Assembly: GCA_008632985.1 (NCBI GenBank)
Contig: QPGO01000156.1
Span: forward strand, 1-64,000
Source of the DNA: Psammoneis japonica
Lineage: Eukaryota
Length of the DNA: 64,000 nt
Direction: 5' to 3'
Shown piece by piece: positions 52,333-64,000 of this stretch. A program made the position numbers and the translations under genes. The first letter of the stretch is position 1. Each line of letters begins with the position of its first letter. The notes beneath the pieces are model-generated. The model searched no databases, was not told the origin of the DNA, and saw only the letters and a list, made by a program, of their open reading frames with translations.

Positions 52333-54632
52333 ATGATGCGCAGGGTGTTTCGAAGACGATACCATGTACGAGCGGCGGCTCAGACGGTCGTACTGCTTTG
52401 CCTAGTTCTCGGTGGGCTAGTCATGTACCAGGTTGACTTGGACGATATGCAGAGCCAACGAGTATTGAAGCAAGACTGTGATAAAGACAAGGCCGATCCC
52501 GCTTGGCGGCTGGTCTTTTACGTGATTGGAGTCGTGTACATGTTTATTGCGATTGCTATCGCGTGTGATGAATTCTTTGTTCCAGCCTTGGAAGAAATGA
52601 GCTCTGAGAGACACTTGAATTTAAGCACCGACGTTGCGGGAGCGACACTCATGGCGGCAGGAGGGTCAGGTATGCATGTTCTTTGTTGAAGGTTGAAGCT
52701 GCGAGCCCTCATGGGGTCTCCTTGATCCTTTTGTTTCGCGTCTACATCTGTTCTACATCTAACATTTGTGAAAATGTCATGTTGTTTATTTTGCTCGAAT
52801 TGTTTGTTCAAGCACCCGAATTCTTTAGCAATTTCTTCGGAACCTTTAGCGACAGTGCGATTGGGTTTGGAACCATTGTGGGAAGCGCCGTGTTTAATGT
52901 GTTGTTTGTGATTGCCATGTGTGCACTTTTATCCAAAGAAGTTCTGACGTTAACGTGGTGGCCGCTGTTTCGGGATAGTTCCTACTACGCCGTGGGGTTG
53001 AGTGTTTTAGCCGTGTTTGTTGGGGGTACAAGCAAGGAAAAGATTGAATTGTGGGAAGCTATTGTTCTTTTTGTCATGTACATTGGTTATATTATTCTCA
53101 TGTACTTCAACAGTAAAATTTACAAACGGCTTACGGGAAAAGAACTTGTCTATCCTGAAGAGTTTGATAATAATGAGCAACGACAAGAGCAAGAAGAAGC
53201 ACCAGCAGAAGGCGGCAACACTGTTCCAGAACGTGGGTTGGGACCACATCGTTTGACAAACATTAGTCAGCTTTCTCTCATGAGTGGTGGGAGTCAAATG
53301 TCTGTTGTGAGCGGAAGTTCCCTCATTCTAGACCAAGCTGCGGACACACGGCGACGACGACGACCGAGAACCTTTCGGGCGGGTATTCTCAAGCTCTTGC
53401 GCGACCCAAACTCATGGGTGGAAACAGCTGGCGTTGGTATCGTGGCAAAGATTGCCGGCGATGCCGATTACATTTTTCGTTGTGTAGATGTCAATAATGA
53501 TGGTATTGTGGATCGAGAAGAATTAGAACAACTCTTTGAGAAACTGCAAATCGATTTGACACAACAGGAGCTGGACGATGTCTTTGCGGTGCTTGACGAG
53601 AACAAGGACGGACAGGTACGTCAACTGCAGTCGTTTTTGTGAGGCTAATACGCAGATTCTTGGTGGCGGACTAACATGATTATGTCTGCTGCTTTCGTTG
53701 CTATCGATATATAGATTAGCGCGCTTGAATTCAGTAATTGGTATGTCCGTTCCGAGGAACGGATTCTATCGCGTGTCAAGCACGTGTTTGATGAATTCGA
53801 CACCGACCAGTCGGGCACCATTGATCGAGATGAATTGAAGCTGCTGTTGGAAACGCTAGAACCTCGAGTCACGGACGAGGATGTTGACGATGCTATTCAT
53901 GCCATGTACCAGAGTGGTTCTCACGACGAAATTACATTTGGAGAGTTTTCCGATTGGTACCGAGAGTCGTTGGTCTATCAACGGCAAAAAGAAGAGGTGG
54001 AACATGAAATGGAGGGTGTATGGCAAAATCTGAAACCACCAAAAGAGGGCAACTGTTTGGCTTGGTCCAAGTATCTCTTGGTTATTCCGCTCGTGGCAGT
54101 CATGACGGTTACCATTCCCGATACTCAACGACCCGGCATGAGTAAGTGGTGTTACTTGGCATTCATCATGTCGATATGTTGGATTGGATTCTTTTCGTAC
54201 CTCATGGTGTCATGGACTGAGACGATTGGGCACACCATTGGTGTCCCGTCAGTAGTTATGGGATACACACTCTTGGCGGCCGGGACGTCTGTACCCGACT
54301 TGCTCTCTAGCGTCATTGTCGCACGACAGGGCTTTGGTGACATGGCCGTGTCGAGTTCGATTGGATCCAACATTTTTGATATTCTTGTCGGACTGCCTCT
54401 TCCGTGGATCATTTACATGTTGTGGCCATCCAAGCCGAGCTATATTGAAATTGGATCCAAGAACATTTTGATTTCCGTTCTGATTCTCTTGGGCATGCTG
54501 GTCTTTGTGATTGTCACAATACATTGTCAAGGTTGGAAGTTAACCAAGATGCTGGCATTTCTTATGATGCTGTTTTATATTGGCTTTTTGGTACAAGCGA
54601 TTCTTTTGGAGCTGCCGTTTGACAGTTGCTAA
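52333..54632 (+). CDS. K+-dependent Na+/Ca2+ exchanger (NCKX/SLC24-like) with EF-hands in the central loop; introns 52670-52812 and 53616-53714
   Basis: [49 protein letters not shown]-hand loops [36 protein letters not shown]. Confidence 0.93.
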
Positions 54633-54729
54633 AAGCTAAGTCTTTTTAAAAAGGAATTGAAAAAAAAGCAAAGCCTGCTCGCTAGCAAAAGTGAACCCAT
54701 GACCGAGAGGCACAGCCACTGGAGTAAAG

Positions 54730-55680
54730 GGTGTCGGTTGTTGCTGTTTGCAGTGACAATCGGTGCCTTTGTTGGTTTTTGTCAGATGGCAGATGGCACT
54801 CTGGAGCAAGCCTGTCCCTTTTGTTTGCTCTGACCAGAGAAAAGCCAGGTTCCAGCTTTGCTTGTTTGTGCTTTGGCCTTGCTTTGAACTCCTCCAATGT
54901 GTTCCTCTCTGCATGTTTGTGCAGCAAAGAAGAGGCAGATCACCTTGCCATGTTAGCCAAGGGGTGCAAATCTCTGAAACAATGACCATTTTGTCTCAAT
55001 GCTGCCAAGAAAACTGGAAGTTGTGCCACTCACATTTGAAAGAAAGGTGCCAAACAGCTTTGTGTCTGTCCTTTTCTGTGACACTGGAAAAGCACGGAGA
55101 AAGTGCATTTGGCACTCTGAAGATTTTTGAGGCCCCTGATGCAGCACACATTTGCTTGCTTGGAGCCTCAATGCTGCCGGAACTTTGTGCTCACCTCTGG
55201 TCAAAGCTGCAAGAATCGCCACTTGTCTGTCAGCAAAATGGCACATTTCATGGCCTGGGATGTGATGGCAGTGCATTGTGGATCAGACAGGGGCTGGCCT
55301 TTTTCTGATCATCTGCCCTGTGATGTGGCAGTTTGCCAAACCAGAGTGTGCTCATTGTCTTTTGTCATTGCTGCTGTTCGCAGGGACACAGCAGGTGCTG
55401 CTTTTGTGGTCTTTGTTTGTCGTCGAGCAGTGCTGTGTGCTGCACCAGAGTGAGCCCACCTTTCATGTTTGCTCTGGCCAGAGAGCAGCTGGGCTCTGGC
55501 TTTTATTGTTTGTGCTTTGACATTGCAGTTTGAACTCTCCCCAACTTGCTCGTTGTGTTGGCCTCACATTGGGGGCCAAAGAAAAGGTCTCGTCAAGAAG
55601 CGGCTTTTTGTCTGTCCAAGAGGTTTTGTTCTTCAGGTGTTCTTTGTGACATTTAGCTTCCATCACATTCTTCTTTCAAT
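54730..55680. mobile_element. About 1-kb TpA-depleted relic of unassigned origin
   Basis: Composition only. Confidence 0.4.
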
Positions 55681-55994
55681 CGTGAAAAGAGAAGGTTTGT
55701 TATTCTTTTCTCTATGGTGGGCTTTGTTTGTCTTTGCTTTGGACAAGGGTGGTGATGAGAGGCGTTCACTCCAGATTCCGAGATTTTGTGCGCGCTCTGC
55801 GCTATCGCAAAAATCCGGCAGGGCGGTCACGAGTCACGAGTCACGATCAAGATCTCAGTGCTCAGCGACGACGACTCCTCCTCAGCGCATCAACAACACC
55901 GCGACAACAACGAAAGCCATTGTTGATGTTCCTGAAATAGAACCAGCGTCGTTGTGTTGGTCTGTGTATTGATACATCATTTACTACTGTCACT

Positions 55995-57660
55995 ATGTCT
56001 TCTCATACAATCAAGGAGTGTTTGGAAGCCATCGGCGTCGACAGCTTTGACGGATGCGACAGCAATGTCGATCTCGAGTTTGCGCGAGTCAAGAAACAAT
56101 ACTTTCGTAAGGTTCTTCAATGCCATCCCGACAAGGGCGGTGACGCGGAAGAATTCCGTACCGTCCAGACTTCCTTTGAAGTGCTTAGAGAAATGCATTC
56201 CAAACACCTTATCCCGTCCTTTGCCAAGGAACTGGAGCGTGAAACGGCTGTAAAGGATCAGTACAATCACGTATGGGACGACTTTCAAGATGTACCCATG
56301 CCGTCGTGGGATTACTACTACACGGCCGCCGAAGAAGACGTGCCCACATACAAGGTGGAATTGGCCAAGACGGGGCGGAGTGCGTGTGTTCAACGGGGTG
56401 CAGCGAAAAAGTGTGCTGGCACCGAAAAGGTACTGATTGAAAAGGGCGAAGTGCGCATTGGATTTATGGATGACGAGATTGGGTCGTATGGGAGGTGGGT
56501 TCATTTGGAGTGCTGGCGTGTTCCAACCCTCGTTTGGATGGGACTTCCAGATCCGGCAACATGTACCGACCCGGCCGCCTTTGGCACGGCTCTGGAGCAA
56601 ATGGATCTCGTGCTACTCACGGGCTTTTCCGAGATGCCTACGGACAAGCAGCAAGAATTCATTGCGCACGTCATGGACAAGAACAATTGGGCACGCAAGA
56701 CCAAGTCTCGTAAGAAGCGCAAAAACCCAGTGGCTGGTACCGCCGCCGCTGAGACTGGCGCTGGTGACGAGGTGGCGGAAACCAATGACGAAGCGCATCA
56801 GGTAGTCCGTCACGGTGAAGTTCAGCGCGAGCGCTTTGTCATTCCGCAACCCGGCCAAGACGGTGCTCTTGCCAATGCTCTTGCGAGCAAGACGGTTGTC
56901 TTGACGGGAACCTTTCCTGAAGTGGGAGGTGGAGCGGGACTGAACTTGGGCAAAGACCGTGTCAAGGCCATGATCCAATCCTTTGGTGGTCGAGTCACCT
57001 CGGCCATTTCGGGCAAGACGGACATCTTGGTTGTGGGCAAGAGTCCTGGATTTTCCAAGGTTTCTAAAGCTCGCTCCCGTCCCAAGATTACGCTCGTCAA
57101 TCTCCGCGAGCTCAAGCAAGTCTTGGAGGGTGCCGCGATTGAAGACGTGCAGCCCGCCGTCATTACGGATTTTTCGAGTGGATACAGTCGTGGCCCGCCC
57201 TCTCTTGCCGCCTCGGCGTCGGCTGAAGAGCTTGCGATTGCGCGAGGACAAGTGGAACCCACCATTCTTAATGATGAAACCAATCAGAAGAAGCGCAAGG
57301 CGGCGCCCAAAAAGAAGGCTGCTCGTGTCAAGAAACCCAAGGCCATCAAGGAAACCGCCGAGCACGTTGTCATCACGTGCGACTCGTGTGGGTGTGATTG
57401 CACCGAGCAATCCTGGTTCGTAGAAGAGACAGAGGAGGACTTTTGCAATGATTGTCATGTCAAGAATCCCAACGAAAAGGCCGTCTTGCAGGCCAATGGT
57501 ATTACGGTGGCTGCGATTGTACCGAGCAATCCTGGTTCGTAGAAGAGACAGAGGAGGACTTTTGCAATCATTGTCGTGTCAGAATCCCAGCGAAAGGGCG
57601 TCTTGCAGCCAAATGGTATGACGGTGACCATTGTCAAGAAAAAGAAGAAGGCGCGCTCAA
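55995..57660 (+). CDS. J-domain + PARP-type zinc finger + BRCT + Cys-rich tail protein; 3' end uncertain
   Basis: VKKQYFRKVLQCHPDKGG; YKVELAKTGRSAC..KKC..IEKGEVRIG..WVHLECW; KTVVLTGTF..IQSFGGRVTSAISGKTDILVVG; CDSCGCDC..DFCNDC, partly duplicated. Confidence 0.88.
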
Positions 57661-58182
57661 CCAAGACGCGTTATTCTTAGACGCAACAGATTTGTTTATG
57701 GTGTATTTACTCTGCGGCTAGAGAGTTGCAAATGGGGAGTAGATACAAGAATGCCACTGAGAATCTCAATTTGGAATCTAGACTTGCATGTGGGTTGATG
57801 TAACGTTGGTTGAACAATTTCCTATAAAAATCGTGTAAGATCTTTTGTTGTCTCCAATAGTAATCAGGGCCGTAAATGGTTTAGATTTGCAATTTACATT
57901 GGATTGAGAGTAAACAAGAGCAATGGTCTTTTGGAGCTATGGAACGAGTTGTCGTCACACTCGTTGCTAACGCTGCCTGTTTCCCGGAGAGAAACTCCCT
58001 TTGTCCCACTAATGGAGAGTTTTATGCATGGAGTAGGATTCAGCGGTTTCTTTCAATCCAGATAGCTCTCCCTTCTCCTATAGTGTTGCACGGCAACCAT
58101 AGAATTCGTTTGAAATAGTAAGTGCGCCTCTTCAATATGTATGTATCTATGCAGCTAAATCTGTCTCATCAAGCCCCGAGTT

Positions 58183-58752
58183 TCAATAGTCGCCGCCAAA
58201 GTCCCATGAAATTCCGTATTTGACCAGCTGAACTTTGGCGCCCTCCACTTCATACCTGGGTTCAATCGCGTACTTGTAATACTTTGCAGGCCACGTATGA
58301 TCGTAGTCCGATTTCCACTTTGGGGCATCCGTGCAGTTAACAAGGATCAAATCAACGCCCACCTCGTCTTCTGGCGGATTTTGCAGGTCTCCTTCCCACC
58401 CAAGGCATGTGCCACGTTTACCCCTCCACAGGATCTTGCCCTTGGGCTGCGTGGATCCATACTCATCAACATAGTCACTGGTGAACCTGAATTGCTGTCT
58501 CTTGTGGCCAGGTTGCATAAGTGTGTAAGGTGCGAGAAAGAACTTGGATCCCAGCAACTTGTGTCTCCCCTGGATGCACAAATCCTCAGGACCAAACTTC
58601 CCCCAGGGAGTTCCTTTTAGCTTTCGACGAGCACCGCTGTTGGTTTCCTCTTGATCGATTTCACTGAATACGAGTGCTGCGTGTACCTCATTGTCAGCAA
58701 ACGAAAGAAAAAACGCAAGTGGCACAAAGATATGAACGTGGCTGATCTTCAT
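58183..58752 (-). CDS. Hypothetical secreted protein
   Basis: MKISHVHIFVPLAFFLSFA signal-like start, RRKL processing-like site, Tyr-containing normal composition. Confidence 0.55.
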   Translation of the reverse strand: MKISHVHIFVPLAFFLSFADNEVHAALVFSEIDQEETNSGARRKLKGTPWGKFGPEDLCIQGRHKLLGSKFFLAPYTLMQPGHKRQQFRFTSDYVDEYGSTQPKGKILWRGKRGTCLGWEGDLQNPPEDEVGVDLILVNCTDAPKWKSDYDHTWPAKYYKYAIEPRYEVEGAKVQLVKYGISWDFGGDY

Positions 58753-59249
58753 TGTGATCGGGAGGAAAAACAGAATTCCTGGTTTCACTAAAGTTGCCAA
58801 GTTTCGCCAAACAATAATTGTTGGGTGTTGTGACCGACCTGAGACCGTGTCTCAGTCATCCGTGTGGCAGTTCGCGCATGGATGGTTCGGGTTCGTTTTG
58901 TTCCTTGAAAAAGTGATGACTCTCTTCATTCAACGGCATGAATATGTTGATTGTGACAGATCACCAACCGGCACCACGTGAAAGGTGGGACAATAGCAGT
59001 AGGCCCGGTACATTGTCTGTTGTTCCATCCGCTACAGAAAAATCATACGAGACATTGTGTAGAGTGTCATCTCATAACCTTTTCAACTTTTCAGCACCTC
59101 ACATTTTTTTTCTTTCCGAGCAACAAAAAAAAATCACATCGCTTCTTCCTTTGGATGAAACGATCATACAGTAGGACATGTGTTTGTACGACACTCGAAT
59201 GTTTTGGGTCCCACACGCGCTCAAGTAAATTTTTGAATGACTCATCTCA

Positions 59250-62200
59250 GCCAAGAGTCGCCACAGAAATGTCAGTTCAGTTGCTCAGTCCGACATGGAG
59301 TCTTGTTGATGCAGGTGGTGGGTGGTGGCATGTTGGGTGCTTTGTTGGAGCGAGCATGAGTTGCCGGAGGCGGTGGTGAAGGTGATGGTGGTTTCGTCGA
59401 AGGGGACACCAGGGGCTTGGCCGCGCTTTCTTTGCATGGATGGATTCGGCGATGGTGGCGGTGCTGGGTGGGTGTCTTTGCAGGACTTGTGGCATCAGAG
59501 GTTGGGCGGAGGGAGGTGTGTGCGGCATGGCGGTGTTTGCATTGGCACAGGTGGTGTTGTTGATGGTGATGTTGATGCAGGCGGCGTCATTGTCTCTGGA
59601 TCTGGAGCAGCCGGCAATTCAGTCAGTGGCATTGGCGCAAGTGGGGGCACTTGGCGGCGATTGCGCTGGCAGCATGTTGGAGTCATCGCTGATGGTGGAG
59701 GTGGTGTCATGCTGGCAGGAGCAGGTGGCATTTCAGTCTGTGGTGTTGGAGTTGACCACGTTGACACAGGCCTCGTTGAAGCTGCGCAGGAGGTGTTGGG
59801 TGTTGGCAGTGAAGGATGGCTGTGTGGGATTTGTCGTTGGAGGTCGGAGGGAGAGTTGGGCTCGGTGTTGCAGTGGCATTGGGTGGCTGTCTGTGTGGGA
59901 TTTGGTGTCAGAAGTAGACAGAGTGAACAGCCCACTGGTTTTCTTAGAAGCAACTTGAATGCTGCAGTCTGCTTCGTGCAAAACCAGGGTGCCAGATCAT
60001 TTTGGGAGTGCAGGTTGGTCACACGGACTGGTTGCCTTAGCTGCAAACACCTGCTTTTGTCACAATGTGTGCAACAGAGAGGTGCAATCCAAATGGCAAG
60101 GCATGAAATGCATGTGAGAGTGGGCTGCAACACCATCATGGATCGGCTTGGACACCGCTGCTGCAAAATGTGAGAGTGTGTCATTTGTGTCGCCACCAAG
60201 AAGATTGATGATGACACACACGGCAGTCTAGATGACACATTTCGGAAATGACATGATTGAAGACTTCTTGGCATTGGACAAACACATTCAAGATGCATTT
60301 GCCAACAAAAAGGAAACAACTTAATCTGTCGATTCTCAAGGCATGACAGCCACAATGATGTGATTTGCTGCCAGTGCAAATGATGATGCTGTCAGCTCCA
60401 ACACTTCCAGTTTGCTGGCATGCCAGCAGGCTGCTGTTGCGAATGCAGCAAAAGGAGTCATGATCAATTTGAAGCAACCATTGTTTTTCTTAAAACCGCT
60501 CAATGCACATGTCAACAATGGGAGAACCTCTTGCGGTGGGGTCTTTGGCTCATCACTCGCACTCTGTCGGAGGCAGAAATGGCACAAAAATGAGGTTGAG
60601 TCACTCAAATGTAAAAAACACAACTCAAATGGAGTTTGGGAAGTGGAGTCGCCATGCAGGAACCTTCTCATGGGCACAAGAAAGACATTCATGCCCCGAT
60701 TCTGCTTCCCATGTCAACATTGAGGCCACCGCAATTGACACACTCATCATGGTGGGACGGTGTGTTTTGCCATGCAAAAAGCATGGGAGTGTTGGAAGGG
60801 TGGACGAGCACCAGGCAGAATGTTTGAGTTGAAGCATTCAAGCTGTGAGGTCCCTCCACGCAGGGCCTTTCACATGGTGCCGGTGATGTGCTGTGTCACG
60901 TCTGTCCTCACAAGTTGTTGTCTCCTCTCCGCTTGTCACAAACGGCATGGGGCATGGCAAGACCACCATGATGAGTTGCGAGCCTCGCAGTTGACAGCTT
61001 TTTTCAACTGCAACACCACACACCACCTGCTCATCTTTGGATTTCTGGCAAACCTCCCTGCTGCCGTGTTGGTGCCTTCAAGCACTGTGACTGCCCCACC
61101 AGCTGTGAAAAGGGCTTGAGAAGACACTGTGTGGTCAGGTGGAAATGAAAAAGTGAAAATGTTCCTTGCGTTAATGATGAATGACCCCTTGTTGAGCCCC
61201 AGGAAGAGAGCCACGCGCCACATGGTTGGCAGAGTGCCGGGCCCACATGATGGTTTTGCTTCAAATTGGGATGACTCACAAGGCTGGTCATGCTTTCTGG
61301 AATCACCTTCTTGATGGTTTGGTCATTGAAAAGGAAACAACCATGCTTGCTCAGAAACTCATTGCTGTGGTGGGCGTGTGCATCAGAGGCCGCAGCACTG
61401 TGATGTTCACTTCCCTTCGTCTGATTTGTGACATTTAACATCACGCAAGTTCATCTTTTTTGTTTGTTTTTTGCATCCAAAAATTCATTAAACAGTGCTT
61501 TTATTTTTCATGTTTTGTGAGATGTGTTGTCACCTGTTTGTTTCACTTGTTTTTCTCAATCAACCCAAACATGCCTTTTTTTAAATTTCAAACCTTTTCA
61601 TTTTTTGACAACATCACCACATTTCTTTTGATGTGTTGTCTTTGAAAGTGGTTTTCAACAGCTCTGCCCCGCACATGTGCCGCCGCAGTTGCTGGCATCC
61701 CCTCTGCGCCCAAGTCATTCCCATGTGCACTTGCCTCATTTTCTCCAGCACTTTCCAGAATTTTTAGTGCATGGCTCTCTACTCAGTTTTTAGCACATGT
61801 TCTACATCCACAATTTTCTGCGCATTTCACAACAGTGCATCCTCTCCCCAAAATGCATTTGACCAGAGCATGTGCTGTCATGATTCACGTGCTTTCCACG
61901 CGAATCAACAACTGACTTTTGGCCATGGTGGTCAATGACTTTACCCCATCCCATGACAAGGTCAACCATGACCCTTCCTTCCAATTCCCTGATGAGTGTG
62001 ATTTTGATGACATGGAACATTTTGCCAATGGTTTTGGAATGGAGTTGTTTGGTCCCAAGCTCAAAAGCACAATTTCAATGCTTGCATCCAAAAAGCAGTT
62101 TTTGGAGACAACAAATTGGTCCCCCTCTCCAGAATTCCTTGTTCTTCCCTTCCTTTGTCACAAGCCAAAGTTGCGTTGCATTCCACATGTCACAGAAGTC

Positions 62201-64000
62201 ATCCACACCAACAACATTGTCAGGAAAACTCTTGGATGCCCTGACATTTGGTCTTGCATCATGACCAGTGGTTGGTCCATGAAGAAATCCGACGTGCTGA
62301 AAGGTGAATGTGTTCTTCAACATTAAAATTTGGAGGAAGCTCTCCATTTCTCCAAACTGCCCGGAGAGACAGCAAAAAAAGAGGATTGTCACGTGCAACT
62401 TTGCTGCAAGATCAAAGCAATGGCAGAACTTGTTTGTGTGATCATCACCGGCGATGACCCAAATGATCCTGTCTCTGGCAAGCCTTGTTTCCATTTTTTT
62501 ATGGTGCAAAAGTCTCCAAGAGATGATCAATGACCAAGCACATGACCTTCACGGTGCATGCGTTGTCATTGAAATTGTCATGTGTTGCATCGAGTGCAAA
62601 TCAAAGGACATGGACTGTTGGTTCATGCAGATTTTTCACCGTGTCAATGCCCAAAAGGAGTGGCACATGTTCGTCAACAGCTTTCTTGTCACATGTGATT
62701 CCAATGGTCCATGTTCCCAGGAGGATGAGATCAAGGGGTTCCTTAGAGACAAACTTGGTGACATTGAGAACTCTGTGACAATGGCAGGTGACTCCCTTGC
62801 TCATTGGGAGGTGCACGAAGAAAAAATCAGTTCCATGTTGAATCATGAATTTGGGAAGGGCTGTCCTGTGAGGAGCAACCTGGCACATGACCCAGGCACA
62901 GCAAGCAGCTCACAATGCTTCAGCTAAAATTCAGAAGCATTGGGAGGAGCATCACATGTTGAGTGTTAAGACAGAGGTTTGAAATTTTTGCAATGGCAGT
63001 TTTCCTCTGATGGCTGTTGCACAACACAATCACAAAATCTGCAAAGCAGTCACAACAACACATTGAGACAAGTGCAATGGCAAAAAGGAAGACAGCAAAG
63101 GACAGGATGATGGCAGAGGCATCACCAAACAGCCCCAGGCTAACAGCAGCATTGCAGCAGGTGGGTGCAGCAGGAGATCACCAATCTCTGAAGAGAGAGG
63201 TGGAAGAGGTGGCACGGAGAGAGCCATTCCCAAAAGAGCGAAGTTCTTTGTGAAGGCGGACATGGCAAGTGGTGGCAAGGTGTCAAGGCCAGTGCAGAAA
63301 AACACGGCCAATGGCAAGTTCAGCAAGCATGAATGGGCAGGGTCATGGGAGGACTGGGTGAAGAAATGTGTGCTCAATGCAGTCAATGCAAAAAAGAAAC
63401 ACCGTGTGTCAGACGATGATGAAGAGTGTGATGAGCGGCAAGTGCTGTGGGGTGCATTTCCAAAATGGGACTGGGTGTGGTGCTGCTGACAAGATTCTCA
63501 TTTTGCTGCAGTCATGATGACAGAAGAACAAGCCAAGGAAATCCGTGGGATGAAGAAATTGACAAAGAAAGCAAAAAGTGCAAAGAAGTGCAAAAAGCCC
63601 CCTGCGGACCATGAAGAACAGTTCCTGGCAACTTGGGAGGATGAGGCAGCAGACACCATTGTGTTTGAGAAGTGGACAAACAAGGAGGCACACACATGGC
63701 TCTACAACAACATTCTAAAATTCATGGAGAGCACTGCAATGTGGAGAAGGATGGTGGAGTCTGGCAGCACCAAGGCTGCAGATCCAGCTGTGGCAAGTGA
63801 TGAGGCACTGGCGCTGTTGATGTTGGAAAACTGCTGGAAGGTTTGGGAGCACAAGACCGTGCAGGAAAGAAAGGATGAAGGGAGCAAAGAGGAGGAGGGG
63901 GAAACAAAACCAGCGCCCTTGCACACAGACCTGATGCAACAGCATGACTCTTGGAATGACAAAGGAATGCAGCAATTCAATGCCCTGCTTGGGGAGGCAA
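59250..64000. mobile_element. Large TpA-depleted block, probably a decayed DNA transposon; runs off the window end
   Basis: Composition; a + strand relic at about 63070-64000 reading ASDEALALLMLENCWKVW..WNDKGMQQFNAL resembles, from memory only, accessory ORFs of diatom DNA transposons. Confidence 0.5.

Noticed and set aside
59200..59220. TTTTGGGTCCCACAC resembling the MITE subterminal TTTTGGGACCCACAAC
   Set aside because: Too short, with no partner end or TSD in the window.
59322..63980. Numerous overlapping Cys/His-rich ORFs in all six frames, here and in other depleted blocks
   Set aside because: By-product of TA loss, which removes TAA/TAG stops and Tyr codons; not real genes or zinc-finger proteins.

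Overview
Eukaryotic genomic DNA, most likely from a diatom (inferred from short GT-AG introns, CoDi-like Copia motifs and an ASAF-type plastid targeting signal). About 18 host genes are visible: CDC5L, a U-box protein, a NEPRO/Rmp1-like protein, a fatty acyl-CoA reductase-like protein, glutathione synthetase, ceramidase, an S9 peptidase, a methyltransferase, a Use1-like SNARE, an EHD ATPase, YCII, an ankyrin-MYND protein, Sec5, NCKX, a J/zf-PARP/BRCT protein and several hypotheticals. They are interleaved with seven blocks (about 21 kb, roughly a third of the window) of decayed transposons and gene copies. The most striking signal is that these blocks have lost nearly all TpA dinucleotides, converted to TpG/CpA, so conserved Tyr codons read Cys or His. 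This is a repeat-restricted signature running opposite to fungal RIP, and it has also hit an intron-containing ornithine decarboxylase copy. Short tracts with the mirror composition (TpA-rich, TpG/CpA-poor) lie upstream of many intact genes. Many single-base frameshifts in conserved genes suggest an imperfectly polished assembly, so artefacts must be excluded. All compositional statements are by eye, not computed.
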